DNA of 124,000 bases from Octopus vulgaris. Lineage: Eukaryota. The position numbers were made by a program, and so were the translations under genes. Below, piece by piece: positions 71,339 through 86,443 of this stretch. Below the pieces are notes generated by a model. The model saw only the letters and a list, made by a program, of their open reading frames with translations. It was not told the origin of the DNA and did not search any database. Positions within the stretch are counted from its first letter, which is position 1. Each line of letters opens with the position of its first letter. The DNA is taken from NCBI GenBank assembly GCA_951406725.2, contig OX597817.1, positions 117,944,001 through 118,068,000 of the forward strand, given 5' to 3'.

Positions 71339-72970
71339 ACGATGGTAGTGGTGGTGGTGTTGTGGTTGTGTTGTTGTGGTGATAGTGTGGGACATATGAT
71401 GTTGACTATAACGATCATGATGATAACAGGAAGGAGAATATGAAGATGGTCGTATAAATATATAAGGACAACGATAACATTAAGCAAATCTTCAAAACAG
71501 ACAAACGTAAAATTATGAATAACTGTTTCAGTTTTGCACAACACTAACGAAATGAAGAAAATGTATCAACTTCTAAAGATATAATATATTCTGCAGATTG
71601 TTACTTTGAATGTTCTTTTATTGTTGTATAAGCTAATAGTTTGACTAATTGAATATCACTAATAAAACATGTGCAATCATATCAGTTGTTCTATAAGCTG
71701 TCTTCTTTAACGTGTGATAGATATTTAAGTCAACTACAGAAATGCGTTAATATGAAAATGTTTGGAAATATCATAGATTAAGAAATATAGTTATCTAGGT
71801 ACGAAATCAGGTATGATTCGAAATATGTCATCAGATGTAAAACAATACTTGTCTGTGATTTTGCAAAACGTTAATTGTAGGCAATGCATTTCTGGTATGC
71901 CCATAGTCTTTTATTTTTGTTTCCATCCCGCGTGTAAATTATTTAATAAAGTACAGTTCATGACCCTACAAACAGCAATTTATAACACCTTATATGCCTT
72001 TCCTATTTTAGTGGCAGCATTATTCATAACAAAGTTGTTTGGAGTAAACTGAAATATGCTTCTTTCTGTAAGTAAGCATTGATAACAACAAATATCAACA
72101 GTACTTTCTGTAAGAAATATATATCACTGTTAATAGGAAAACTGAGTGGAGGAAACCTGAGCTATTCCTATACGTTCAGTTTGAGTACCGATAGTGTGGA
72201 TTAACCCAAATAGTGTGGATTAACGTTCAAATGTAAAGTTGCCTAAAATGAGGTATTTTATTAAATGGAAATATACAGTAAATTGGAAGAGTAAAGAGTT
72301 TGCTCATTTAAATCAGACGGAGTGAATCTAAAATTTTCGAGGAAATCTGTATGAACAGAATGGCATCAGATTTTAAATTGAATAGCTGAAATAACGTACA
72401 ATGCAACTGGTTTATCAATAATGGAATAGTAATGCCCTTATTTATCAAAATGTATAGCAATCAGGTGAACACGTATTTAAGCAGATTTCCCATTAATAAT
72501 ATCAAGAGCAGGGTTAGTTATAGTTTATTAAATATATAATGGGTTCACTCAATATAAAAGCAATTCTGCTTGTCAGAAATATCTTTATGAATGATAGTCC
72601 TTCTACTCTTAAAAGAAAAATTCTGCAGTGTAACACCAAAGTTCTCACATTGGTAAATTTGTTGAATTCATAGATTTGTGAACCTTAGATGTAATAATCA
72701 TAGCATGATAAATAATATATGAAGTGATCATCGTGGTTAGTAACTAGATACTGCAAATCGAATACATACAAAGTTATACATATGCACATACACTATGCGC
72801 AACTATGAAAATAGGAGAGAATTCAGATACAATACAGTATTTAGCGTGCATTTATGCATGTAATTAAGTGTGTTTAATCATATAGGAAACCGAATAAAAC
72901 TATGCATAAAATCAGTTGATATATACATGCAAACATAATTTTATGCATATTTTTATTGTTAAACAACATA

Positions 72971-73012
<42 letters not shown>

Positions 73013-73538
73013 CTAGCAGTATCGCCCGGCGTTGCTCAGGTTTGTAAGGGAAATAACTATATAAGCATTTTTAGTGAGTTATAGCAAAATAATAGCAAAA
73101 AAATGCATTAAAAATGGAATAAAAAATGATGGTAATTTTGGTGTCTTCAAGCCATGAAGTCGTTGTTCTAAAAGAACGCTGGTCTCCTTGACAATGCTTT
73201 ACGACGTTGATTTCCTTACACTCCCTTCCCCACAGCTTCATGAGGGAGGGAAGAAGGGGGAGAAGCAACACAGGTGCAGGTGTGACCATGGACGCCAACT
73301 CCGCCGCCATCGACAGACGAAAAATTATGCGTTAAAATGGAAAAAAATGATGTTAAATTATTTTTAAGATTGTAGACTCATCGTAGACGCACGCTAATAC
73401 CCAGACGGGCTCGATATGAATCACGACTATAGGGATACCCGAATTTGGTTAAACTGCACCGCAAAATGTGGGAGTAGTTAGGAATCTAAATCGTAGGAGA
73501 CAGACACTCACACAACTACAGTTTTATATATATATAGA
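73013..73538 (-). mobile_element. Non-autonomous Helitron, 526 bp
   Basis: CTAG 73013-73016 with GCCCGGCGTTGCTCAGG hairpin variant; 5' A|TCTATATATATATAAAAC at 73538. Confidence 0.85.
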
Positions 73539-73540
73539 TA

Positions 73541-73958
<418 letters not shown>

Positions 73959-73998
73959 AATATATATATATATCTATATATATATATACATATATGTG

Positions 73999-74031
<33 letters not shown>

Positions 74032-75433
74032 TGTATATAGTTCAGCAAAATTTAGATTCAAATGAATATGGTACTTAAGTTAGATGCACCAGAATTTTGT
74101 ATGGTGTTATCCATATAAATTCTTTCTTTTTTTTGATATTCTCCTATACTAAATAGCATAAATTCTGTGTCCCTAAAGAAACTATTTGGTTCAACTATGG
74201 AAGATGGGAAATGACGCAAATAAACTACTACGCAGAAACTTTGTTGCAGCATAATTTTGAATTTTGTTGCAGCATAATTTTGAATTTAGTGTTGGAATTC
74301 TACCTTACCTTTTCACAGAAACCAATAGCAAGTAGGGTTTCAATATAGTAGAGAGCTTAACTCCTGATGATTGAGATATATTCATCAGCGGAAAGATTGG
74401 AAACTCTAATAGAATTATTTACAAAACTAATATAAGACAGAACGGTTAGATTTATCTGTAATATAGTGGAGGCACTCGTTTCTTTAAGAACGAAGCAGTA
74501 TGAATTTATTTTAAAATAAAGCAATATCTAAAAATGTAGGGACTCTAAATTTATTCTCGAATATAACATTATTTTTATTAATGAAGTATATAGGCTGAGG
74601 TTTTCGATTATATTCCAGACCAGACTTTGACAACCCAGTGGAAACTTCTAAAGTATCGTCCCTATATAGACCATACTCAATTTTAGAAAAAAATTAAGTG
74701 GTACTGATGAAGGAATAATCCAACCATGATGCACGGATTTATATGATTTCATTGTACCATACTGGATCACAAATAAAAAAAATTCCGACTAGTTAAGCCA
74801 GAGTCATCGGCTACAGCCGTTAAAATGTTCAGCCTCCGTTTTCTGAACAAACTCACTTTCAAGATGCTACTCACAAATTATGCATCCATATACATATATA
74901 CGATCGCTAGTACACGACCACTTGCACATATACATTCCTGTATAGATATAGTAAAGTTGAATGAGAACTTGAGTGAGAGATATTGAAAGGGAGTAGAAAG
75001 GGGAGAGAATGTAGTTTAGTGTTAATCAGAGGAGATGTCAGGCTAAGTAAAGTGTTTATGTGTTCATGTCCTGAGCGGTGAATGAATCTACGCTGGTGCA
75101 TACAGGATCTGTACCCTTCTCTCTGGATTTCAAGGTAAAATTTCGTTGGAGTATGCTGTAGCGTCACTGTTAAGCTAACAGAAATTGTTGCATTGGAATT
75201 TAGTAAATCAGCTTCGAGTACCCGTCATAACGTCAGCAGTTTGAAGACTATGAGTACTTTGAGGCCATATGTATCTCAATTAAAGGAATCCAGTGAGACA
75301 ATTACGCCTCTTTGTGTCCTAGTGAGTGACACTGGAGAGGAGACGAATCGTTCTTCATGAAATAGAACAGTATTGCTTTGAGGCTCTTGGATGAACTATT
75401 AATGAAGAGGCTCCGATTCCTGTGCGTGGTGAC

Positions 75434-75623
75434 ATTTTGGTAGAAGTAGGACCCGTTTTTCCCCTATGTAGGACCCATCCCCGTTCGAATAGGATTCATT
75501 TTGGTTGGCGTACAACCGAATTTAGCTGGAGTGCGAACGATTGTGGCTAGAGTAGAAACAATTTTGGATGCAGTAGCAACCATTTGGACTAGAGAAGCAC
75601 CCATTTTGAGGGAAAAGAAACTG
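75434..75623. repeat. Degenerate 21-bp tandem repeat, 9 units (one unit of 22 bp)
   Basis: Units start at 75434, 75455, 75477, 75498, 75519, 75540, 75561, 75582 and 75603; rough consensus ATTTTGG.T.GAGTAG.A.CC. Confidence 0.7.
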
Positions 75624-76685
75624 GAAGATTTGTGGCCTTATAAACTACAGCAAAACCAGCCTAGAAGTCGCCAGCATATTTTAAGCATTTGTGAATTGTT
75701 TGCAAACAAGTAACCATGAACAATACTAAAACTAATGTTTGACATTAGAGTCAGCCTACTAAATTAACAATATCTCACTGAAGTGGCATTTCACATTTAC
75801 AATCATCACTTTTATCATAACAGTAAATATTGTGTGTTAGTTCCGTGGATATCAGAACATGTCTACTTATCCTCCGCAATTGATTTGTGTCACTAGCATA
75901 ATATGATTAATATTAGAATGCACGCGATATCCCGAAATGGATATAATATTATGCAACAACAGCTAACTGCAGAATTGCCATGCAAAGAATTCATAATATG
76001 CAGCGCTAAGTAAGATGTTCAATGCAATAAAATGAGGTTTCTAGCTTGTATCCTGCTATATTCCTTACATGAAGTATTAAAGCGAAATGTAAATCTCTAG
76101 AGCTCATTCCAATATATTTCACATATTTTCACAGCAAACCATGCACAGGAATTATAACAACCATGCCATTGTACTCCCTATATCTATTTATAGCCTTTCC
76201 TTTTAAATTGTCTTCACTTTCTTTGTTAACATAACATTCATTTTAAGATTTGTACTGCTTTTTCTTCGTTTATTAAACAATGCTGCAAACCTTTAACAGA
76301 TTATACAACATACCCATGTAGGAATAACTATCAGTTATTTCCATGTTCCTTGAATAATAATGCACCCAATTGAACATATTTCAGTAGATATATAAATAAT
76401 ACAGGGTGTGAGAATAAAAGCATGATATATTTAAACTATGCTTATCATTCACGTTCGTGCTCGCAAAATTTTGAATAAAGGAGTAAGAATATGAATCTCA
76501 TATAAACTGCATTTCAGTAATAAAAGCTTTTCAAATTGCGAATATGTGGATTTAGTTATGATAATGTTCCATCTTTCCGTGAGTCCTACAACGACGCGCT
76601 GTTTGCATACATGTGTGCTTGGATATATGTACATATATATATATTTACTCATGTATATATATATATGTATACATATATACTCATG

Positions 76686-76774
<89 letters not shown>

Positions 76775-76892
76775 TAATATTTACTTATATATATATATAT
76801 ATAGATAGATTTCATATATAATATTTACTTATATAAATATATATATAGATACATTTATATACATAAGTAAATATATATATGTATGTATATGC

Positions 76893-76927
<35 letters not shown>

Positions 76928-77696
76928 GATAGATAGAGAGAGAGAGAAGTGTTTCTCTCTCCATCTATAGCTGTATCTGTCTATACACGCACATACACAC
77001 ACACATGTATGATATGGAATCATTAGGCAAAACGAATATATTAGCATGTTGTTTTTTATTCTTTTATTCTTCGTTTGATAACGGTGGTAAGACCGGTTTA
77101 CTTCTCACGAGAGACATGTAAACTAGTTTTGGTAAGCAAGAGCTGATAATGTGAATTTTGAAGCCATATTTGGGGGCAACTTAAACTTCTGTAATCGACA
77201 CTAAAAATATTTCCTCTCACCCTCTATCACTAGGTATGACATATACTACTAAGCATCTTGGTTGTTCAAAAATATTTTATAACCATCTGTATCAATATTC
77301 ACGATTTGTATGCTGAAGTAAAATTTTATTTTGTGTTCACGTCGAACTTTTGATTTCGCTACAACCGTGTTTACTATCAAAATGTGTAAGAGATCTTTGA
77401 ATTGTTTCCCCCACTGTGATGCATGTGTACGGTGTTTGAAACCAGGAGAAATAAAACAAACTTCTCTAAATTTGTCTGCTTTTAATGTTACTTTAAAGAC
77501 GATAGTAACCTCAATTTGCTGCGAGGAAATCGTTTACCTCAAAGTTAAAAAAATACCATGTAAATGTATCAAATGTTTCGTATTCAATTGATTTCAGTGA
77601 AGTTATTTTGGCGCTCACGGGATTTCAACTATTTATTTATATGCATCAAAGTATTGAATTATCAACTAATGTACTCCAATGATATCAAAAGAATTT

Positions 77697-77905
77697 AAGG
77701 CGGTGAGCTGGCAGACACGTTAGCGCGCCGGGCGAAATGCTTAGCGGTATTTCGTCTGTCGTTACGTTCTGAGTTCAAATTCCACCTTTCGGAGTCGATA
77801 AATAACGTACCAGTTTCGCACTGGGTTGATGTAATCGACTTAATCCGTTTGTCTGTCCTTGTTTGTCCCCTCTATGATTAGCCCCTTGTGGGCAATAAAG
77901 AAATA
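77697..77905 (+). mobile_element. SINE family B
   Basis: GGCGGTGAGCTGGCAGACACGTTAGCGCGCCGGGCGAAATGCTTAGCGG...GAGTTCAAATTCC. Confidence 0.85.
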
Positions 77906-78794
77906 TATATCAAAAGAATTTCATAGTTACAATTAGTAAGGAGCGAGTGCTTGTATATATTGTTTATAGTTCTTATACGGAGCTGCATTATCAGTATAGG
78001 AATTGTTTTAGGCCTTTCATTTACATTGTAGTATATGTATTTCATATGTATTATACTTCTTTGTACAATTTCAAGTAGTTAACAAAATGATAGTCATCCA
78101 CTTTGTTTGCAATATATTTTAGAGCATTTTGTTGCTAAGACGTGAAGCAGATATTGCGTCTGCATGTACTATGAATGTCATTAGATGGTGGATTTATGTA
78201 GATGTGTATAGCCATTTTAAAGATGTAGAATGCACATTGGTGAAGTAGCTTCATAAATCGAGATGACATAGATATGTTGTATTGCATTAGAAACCTCAAC
78301 AAACCACAAGTTTTAATTTATGGAGACTGTTAATGAGTATTTGACTAATACATCTGGCTGTCTTCCAGAAAATAAGTTTCCAATGCAAGCAATACTGTTA
78401 TGAAGTGTAATGATCTCTGTATGGAAATGAATCAGAGCTGTATTATATTTGTGACGCATAGAGGAAAGCAGTATATGCTTCAAACATTTTATAGTTTGAG
78501 CAAGAGAGAGATCAAGAAACATCAATTGCAAAATATCAGAGATTATTATTTCATTTGAAACACTTGTTTGTGATTACCAACGTATCTTCAAACAATAAAC
78601 CCATCCTTTTCCTCCACGGTAAGTCAATTTGGAAAATGCGTGATTCTTGAAATTATCTTCCCTTCTTGAGTGGAACTGTTCTTAACTGATATTAAATATG
78701 ATACATCCGGTAGAGGTGGGTGTAATTTTAATAAACAAAAATTTATGCAGTATAATATTTAATATTCTTGTATTTGCGTATATTGTAAGTTTTA

Positions 78795-79000
78795 AGGCAG
78801 CGAACTAGCAGAATCGTTAGCACGCCGGGCAGAATGCTTAGCGGTATTTAATCCGTTTTTATATTTTCAGTTCAAATTCAGCAGATGCAGATTTTGTCTT
78901 TCATCCTCTCTGGAGTTGATAAATTAAGTACCACCGAGGGTTGGTGTAATCGACTTTCCCCCTTTCCTCGAAATCGCTGGCCTTTTATCAAAATTTTGAA
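78795..79000 (+). mobile_element. SINE family B (degraded)
   Basis: GGCAGCGAACTAGCAGAATCGTTAGCACGCCGGGC...CAGTTCAAATTC. Confidence 0.75.
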
Positions 79001-80506
79001 GCCTATATATATATTGTAAGTTTGATACTCTTCATTTTGTATTTCCGAAATAATATAAGTATACTTCTGGATACATCACTTTAGATATTGCCAAAGCAAG
79101 AATTTGTGTGATTACTGTTAGATTTTTGTTTTATTGAAATGGTTTTGCAGAGGATGACAGGAAAAACTAACCATTAGGTAGAAGACTTTTACAATACTTA
79201 AATACCGGAAATCACAACGAAATATAAAATGAAGCCTTTGGTGTGGTAAGCGTAGAGAATTAGGAATATTCTATGATCTCATTGTACAGACAAAATAAGA
79301 CGAAATTTCGTTCTCAATTGAGATGATACAACGCATATATTGGACATATATACAGCGATGTATATTGAGAGAATTGACAAAGTGTGTGATTTGAAATATG
79401 ACTGAACGCTTCCCACATTCCGTTTGGATTTGGCCATAATTATGTTGTTACTGTTGAGCCATAGGTCATCACTAACTGACTAAAATGTCTCTGAGTTATA
79501 TTGTACTGCTGTTCAGGCACAATGTATATGGAACTCTAATATACGCTACAATCTTTTAATGACGTGGAATATGACTTGTAAAAGGTCTACAATATGACTG
79601 AAGGAAAATTTAGTTGCTATGCGTGGAAGCATCAAGCCGTCGACAATTGCGAAGATACTGTTCGCTCCCTCATGCGTTATCTCGTGTTTTATGTTACATG
79701 GAAGATTAACCATTTTCGTGGTAAAATATTAGGAATAGCTGTACTGCTGGTCATTGTTAAGGCAATAAAAATGAAAGTAGTGTACTTGTATTTGCCTATT
79801 GTGATATCATTCTTTTGTTGAATACCAAAAGTAAGTTAGCCATTTAGTTTATCAGGATATATATTTATTTGAGAATGGAGCGTATTTTCGTCTGATTCTC
79901 TCTAAGAATTGTTGCCAGAGATAAAGTGATTAACCTACAATATAAATAATCAGCAAATATCAAAGTAACGTATGCTTTAGACTATTGGTATGCTATTTTC
80001 ATATCCAATAAATATGTTTATACTAAGCAAGACAGTTTGTTGATTACTACTGTTTTGCAAATGTGCAAAAGAAACGAAACTCACAAACAGGAATTATTAG
80101 AAGAACGAAGTTAATATTTCATACAAAAGATTTCATGAATGTGATAATTTAAAAGGAATATTTCTTGAGAAACTTATAAGGCTGGTAAGGATTAAAGCCA
80201 GTACATCTGAATTGGGTTTAACGAAAATATTTATTTATTTATTGGATTCATAGGTTTTACACAGTTGACATTTGCCATTTGAAGTATGTTCATGCATTTC
80301 TTTACTTTGCCTAAGATTGTTTTTGAACTTACCTTGCTCACTCCTTAAACCAGAACATAAATATTCGTAATATGTAATATCGAAGATCGAAGGTCACACA
80401 GATGCTGCATACCCAACAAATGATTTGTCCTGTCTCAAGATATACGCCTTTTTTCTTTTTGACTGGTTAATGTAAGAATTCCTACTTCGCATATTCTCTT
80501 CCACTA

Positions 80507-80584
<78 letters not shown>

Positions 80585-80663
80585 TATGCGTGTGTGTGTG
80601 TGTGTGTTTGTGTGTGTGTGTTTATGTATATATACGTATATGTATACATGTAAATATTTATTC

Positions 80664-80694
<31 letters not shown>

Positions 80695-80723
80695 GAGAGA
80701 GAGAGAGAGAGATAAATAGATAG

Positions 80724-80822
<99 letters not shown>

Positions 80823-83680
80823 TGTACGCATACGTATATATACTTATAAATATCAGGATAGATAAATATAGATGTAGATATAAATTCACTTACGTACATA
80901 TGCATATGTGTCTGTGTGTTTGTGTATGTGTGTTGGATATGGATGTGTCCGTACGAGCGAAGGCATTTATATTTGTACATTTGAGAATTTGGAAGACAGA
81001 GAATCCGAAATTCTATTCATTTTTATCTTAGTATATTTTGAAGAACTCTACAGATCTGAGTGCAGAAGGAATAAGTTTATCACGTGTAACAGTTGGACAA
81101 TTCAAAGTTTACGTTTCTTTATCTTCGTGCGATTTCAGAACTATTACACTTCAACCTAATCTTCATCTGTCTGTGATTTTCATGCTGCGCATAATACACT
81201 TTGAGTTCCTCTTATCGTTGATCTTTTAAGAGCAGAGAATAGGATTGCTAAGATGCATTTATGAGGAAAAAATTATAAATGCTATTAAGAGGTAACATTT
81301 GTTATTGAATTTACTAAAATTACGCTAAGAAGTATATAATCTGCAATAATGATCTGGAAGGACGAATGTGCTTTTGATTTTGTATTATTTTTGTTTTATG
81401 CTATGATGGCATAAATAAAACAAAATTCTTAGTTTGTTTATCTATTTAATCTGAAATACGTAATACCATTCATATATCAGGTTCATGTATCGTGATTAAA
81501 GCAAGCATTTTAGTAGGCAAATACGACTTCATAAATGAATAATTTCTAGTCGCTGATTTCAGAGAAGGAAATATCTGAAACTAATAATATTTAGCTTCTT
81601 ATATTTCCTTCGGTGGTTTAGGTAAGAAGAATATATTTTATATTATTTTTATCTGGAAAACGCGTAATATTATACGACATGTAAGTAAGAGTGAAATTAT
81701 ATTTCTGCACATTCTTTCATGCAGAAAATATTGTGAATCTCTGTTTTGGTCTGTAAATTTTCCTGTTTGTGTATTCAATTCTATGGATGAATGCACTACC
81801 ATATATGATGATTTTATTAATGTGGGTGTCTTCGCGTGCTCACATGACTTCTGCAGATCTTATATCAGCACGCAAAGTAACACACATATATACATGCACA
81901 ATATTTCATTTCTTACAAACGGTTCTTTTTATGTATTTCCTAAAAGTTAGTTTGAACAATCGCATACTTAGTCGCAACTAATCTATTCGCGAAGACATTT
82001 CTCATTTCACTGATTCTTTAGAGAAGTCTTACATTTTTCATTATGAAATCAATTTAACGAAACGTAAATATAATCGAATATCTATTCCTGGTCACTGGTG
82101 CTGCTTAAATTCTCAGTGAAGTATTCGTGTTAAATAATCCCTGAAACTGAATGTCTAGGTTGCTTGTGTATTCTGCCTATTGCTTTAAATATGCATTACT
82201 GATTGCTCACTAGAAATATGTAACTGATATGTTCAATGTCACAGTTTGTGAAATCATATTAGTAGCAAGTTATCTAGTGAGTTGAGTACATCCACCTGCA
82301 TTGTTTCTTCACCAGATACAGAAAAGATCGGGTAACTTTTGCATCAGACGGAAAGCTGTTTAGCAATAATAATAATATAGGATAGACTATTCGACTTCAT
82401 ATCGCTTCAATTACTGGTCGCTAGAGCAAAGATTTGGTGTTAAAGTGACTATACACTAATATTCATGAATTGTTTCGACTAAATATGAATGGAAATTCAC
82501 TCGATATTTAGTTAATAGTATATTTTATCCAGAGGCTTGCATATCATTTCAAATATTCTACTGGCGACATTGATATATTTTCTGCCATATAAATATCTGA
82601 TTTATTTGCTGATGTATTGATTTATTGATAAATTTATTAGATTACACTATGTATTAATTCACTAATTATTTTATGGACTAAATAAAGCGAATGCATTTTA
82701 CAAGAGAAAATATATACACATGTACATATGTGCGTGTATATATATATATATCTTTATATACATATATATCTATAACTATCTGTCTATCCATACATACATA
82801 CATACATACATACATACATACATACATGCATACATACATACTTACATATATATATACATATATCCGTTTAAAAACTTTTCACGTTGGATTACATATACAA
82901 GTACATGGCTCGCAAGAATATAAGTCATATACAGGGGATTCAGATAATTTATTCAAACTCGATTCTATTCACACAGAAATTCTTTCCGATAGCCCGACAA
83001 AGGGACAGCGACTAGTCTTCCAAAGCATGTCTGGGAATTGAAAGAGAACGACACTCGTCCTTTCAATTTAACCTGGAAAATCCTAGAAAAAGCATCAGCA
83101 TACAAACGCGGAGCTTATAAAAGACCTATGAAATTTAATCTTTGCTTCTCAGAGACGTTCTTCATCTTGTTCCAAGATAGAAATGCTTTGAACTAGAGAC
83201 GCGAACTCTCTAATTCCTGCCAGCACAGCACAAAATTTAAGATATCAACCGACAAAATAGCATGGGGGTAAAATGTTTTGACTTTCGAAATATATTTTTG
83301 ACTGTCGTATTTGGAGTTGACTTTAGACGGTATAGTTATATTGCATCGCAATGCTAATGTATATTGCGACTTCATTCTTAAGAAAACCTTCGGCAGTTTT
83401 GTAAATTTAATTTCAAGCTTAAACTTCACTGAGGTTTATGTTTATTTTTTTTTAATTTTTACTCAGGTATTTAATTAAGTTACATCAAATTAATGTACAA
83501 TTTCCTTACTTTACATTTTAATATTTTAATATAAACACTGAACAGTATTTTAAAAAATTGTTTGCATATATACGTTATGATGTAGATATGCCTCTATATA
83601 TTTATGTGTATGTATGTATTTTAAGTATGTATATTTATGTATATGAAAGTATGTGTGTGTGCGTACACATAGGCGAGTGC

Positions 83681-83720
<40 letters not shown>

Positions 83721-83741
83721 ATATCTATATCTATATCTCTA

Positions 83742-83797
<56 letters not shown>

Positions 83798-83820
83798 TAT
83801 ATATATACATATATATGCAA

Positions 83821-85797
83821 CAATCCTATGTGAAGGAGAAAGCAGACAAAGAAGCCTGGGTTATAAAAAACATTAAATCAAACCCAAAGGCCTTCTTTCT
83901 TTACGCGAAAGAAACAGCCTCAGTGCACTACAAGATAGGACCCCTCCTCTAAAAGGATGGCTCCCTCACAGACAGTCCACCTATGATCAGTGAGATGCTG
84001 AATGACCAGTTCAAAAGTGTCTTTACCACTCCGTTGGAACACAGACAAGTGAACGAACCAGTGGACTTCTTTGCCGCCTCACCTATAACCAGCGAGGCGG
84101 TTACAACAGAATGTATTGACATTAGCGAAAAAGATGTCCTACTAGCCATAGATGAAGTGGACACAAACTCAGCTGCTGGTCCAGACGGTTTCCCAGCCAT
84201 CCTCCTCAAAGCGTGTAAGCATGCCCTGGCAAAACCCCTCAAGATTCTCTTCCAGAGCTTTCTTGCGAATGGCAGACTGCCAAGCAAGCTGAAGGAGGGA
84301 ATAATATGCCCAATACATAAAGGGGGAAGTAGAGCAGATGCCAAAAACTATAGGCCTATCTCTCTGACTTCACAAATCAGCAAAGTCATGGAAAGGATAG
84401 TCAGAAAGAAACTAATCGCATTCCTTGAGGAAAATAACTTGCTGAGTAATACCCAGCATGGTTTTCGACCAGGGAGGAACTGCCTGACCCAGCTCTTACA
84501 GCATTATGACTAGGTGTTGAGGCAGTTACTCAACAAATCAAATGTGGACGTAATCTACCTTGATTTTGCAAAAGCTTTTGACAAGGTGGATCATGGTATG
84601 ATATGCCACAAACTACGTGACCTCGGCATAGCTGGAAAACTTGGAGTGTGGTTGCATGACTTCCTGAAAGATAGGAGTCAGGCAGTAGTGGTTAATGGAG
84701 CCACCTCTATGAACACACAAATAGTGAGCGGTGTTCGACAGGGCACCGTCTTGGGACCACTGCTTTTTATAGTGGCCCTCTCAGATATGCCCTCAAATGC
84801 CCGGATAGCCACTCTGGCCAGCTATGCAGACGATACGAAAGTCTCGCAGAAAATACAGAACCCCAGCGATGTTGCACACCTGCAACAGGAGTTAGACTCA
84901 ATCTACAGATGACCTGAGAATAATAATATGCAGTTTAATGCTGAAAACTTTCAGGCCCTGCGCTACCAGCATCCAATATTGAATATTAAACTTACAGGAT
85001 ACACCGGTCCACAGGGAATTTCAATCCCAGAGCCTAAGTCTGTGAGGGACCTGAGTATCGACAGAAGTGATGATACCTCTTTCCAAGTGCACATTACCAA
85101 GATGGGGACAAAGTGCAGACGACTGTCTGGGTGGATCCTAAGAACATTCAGAACCAGAGATAAGGAAACCATGATGGTCCTCTGGCGGGCATTCGTCCTC
85201 AGTCGCCTGGATTACTGCTCACAGCTGTGGTCACCCACCGGTGTAAAATTAATAGCGGACCTTGAAGTAATCCAGAGCAGATTCACAAAGAAGATCGTCT
85301 CTTTGCAACTGCTCAGCTACTGGGAAAGGTTGAAACAGCTAAGACTCTACTCCCTGGCGAGAAGACGGGAGAGGTATGCAGTAATATATGTCTGGAAGAT
85401 CCTGGAAGAAATTGTGCCAAATTTTGGCATTGTAAGCTACACCAATGCTAGAACGGGACGACACTGCATAGTGCCAAAGATCCCAGCAAAGCCATCACGC
85501 TTCAGGACCAGCTTCTGCAACAGCATGGGTTTCAAGGGCCCACAGCTTTTTAATATTCTCCCAAAAAGTCTGAGGAACTTGCACAAAGTAGATGTAGCGG
85601 TTTTTAAATCAAAGCTGGACATCTTCCTGTCAAGAGTCCCAGATGAACCTACCTCACGGCAAGAGGTGCAAATGAGAGTAGCTGTATCAAACTCCATCCT
85701 TCACCAAGTGCCACATATTAGATGAAGTTCGTCGCAATAACAGTGTAGCACAAAACGGCGGTGCATCAGCATGGCCGCAGCTCTGAGCTGAAACTAG
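83821..85797 (+). mobile_element. 5'-truncated CR1-like LINE; ORF2 stays in one frame with three in-frame stops
   Basis: Track ORFs 83653, 83983, 84514 and 84928 share one frame. Motifs [56 protein letters not shown]; stops at ~83950, 84511 and 84910; 3' UTR ends GAGCTGAAACTAG. Confidence 0.92.
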
Positions 85798-86059
85798 AAA
85801 AAAAACCCATATATATATAAATATATATATATGTGTGTGTGTGTGTATCGCAAAATTACTAGGAAATTCTGGCCATTGAATGACGAGGAAATAAGCTGCG
85901 AATGGTACGTGTATCCTCTATTTGTCCAGTTTCCCGTCTGTTATGTTATCGTCTAGTTTTCAGTATGGATTTCCGGTTGCTGTGTTTTCGCCTTGTTGTG
86001 TTCTTTCTGTTCAACACTTGAGTTTAAATATATATATATAAATTAATAATAATAATATT

Positions 86060-86412
86060 AGGGAATAAATCCAAACTTACAGGGAAAAATTAGATTTAAG
86101 ATTAAATCCAATTTTATAGTATAAATATATTATATTACTATATTAAATTAGAGATAAAACCACTATTAGGCAAATCAAACAAAATAAAAAAATAAAGTAA
86201 TTAATTAATTAATTAATTAATTAAATAAATAATATATAAATATGAAAATATACATACATATATATATTTGTATATATATATAAAATTTATTAGTTTAAAT
86301 TCTTTAAATAATTTTTTATTCTTAACTTTTATATTTTTAAATTAATTTTATGTATTGGCTTATGTTTTTCACTGTTTGATTTGCCTAATAGTGGTTTTAT
86401 CTCTAATTTAAT
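86060..86412. repeat. Inverted PLE-tail-like repeat (same family as 39748)
   Basis: ATTAAATTAGAGATAAAACCACTATTAGGCAAATCAAACA (~86142) mirrors TGTTTGATTTGCCTAATAGTGGTTTTATCTCTAATTTAAT (~86373-86412). Confidence 0.65.
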
Positions 86413-86443
86413 ATGATATATATATATATATATATAGGGGTTA

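Noticed and set aside
74340-74800. Additional possible hammerheads (CTGATGA at ~74364 and 74704; also ~6115 and ~42165)
   Set aside because: GAAA, helix III or helix I is missing or heavily mismatched. Too degraded to call without a family consensus.
75434-75623. CRISPR-like or RNA polymerase II CTD-like array
   Set aside because: There are no identical repeats with unique spacers, the context is eukaryotic, and no frame gives YSPTSPS.
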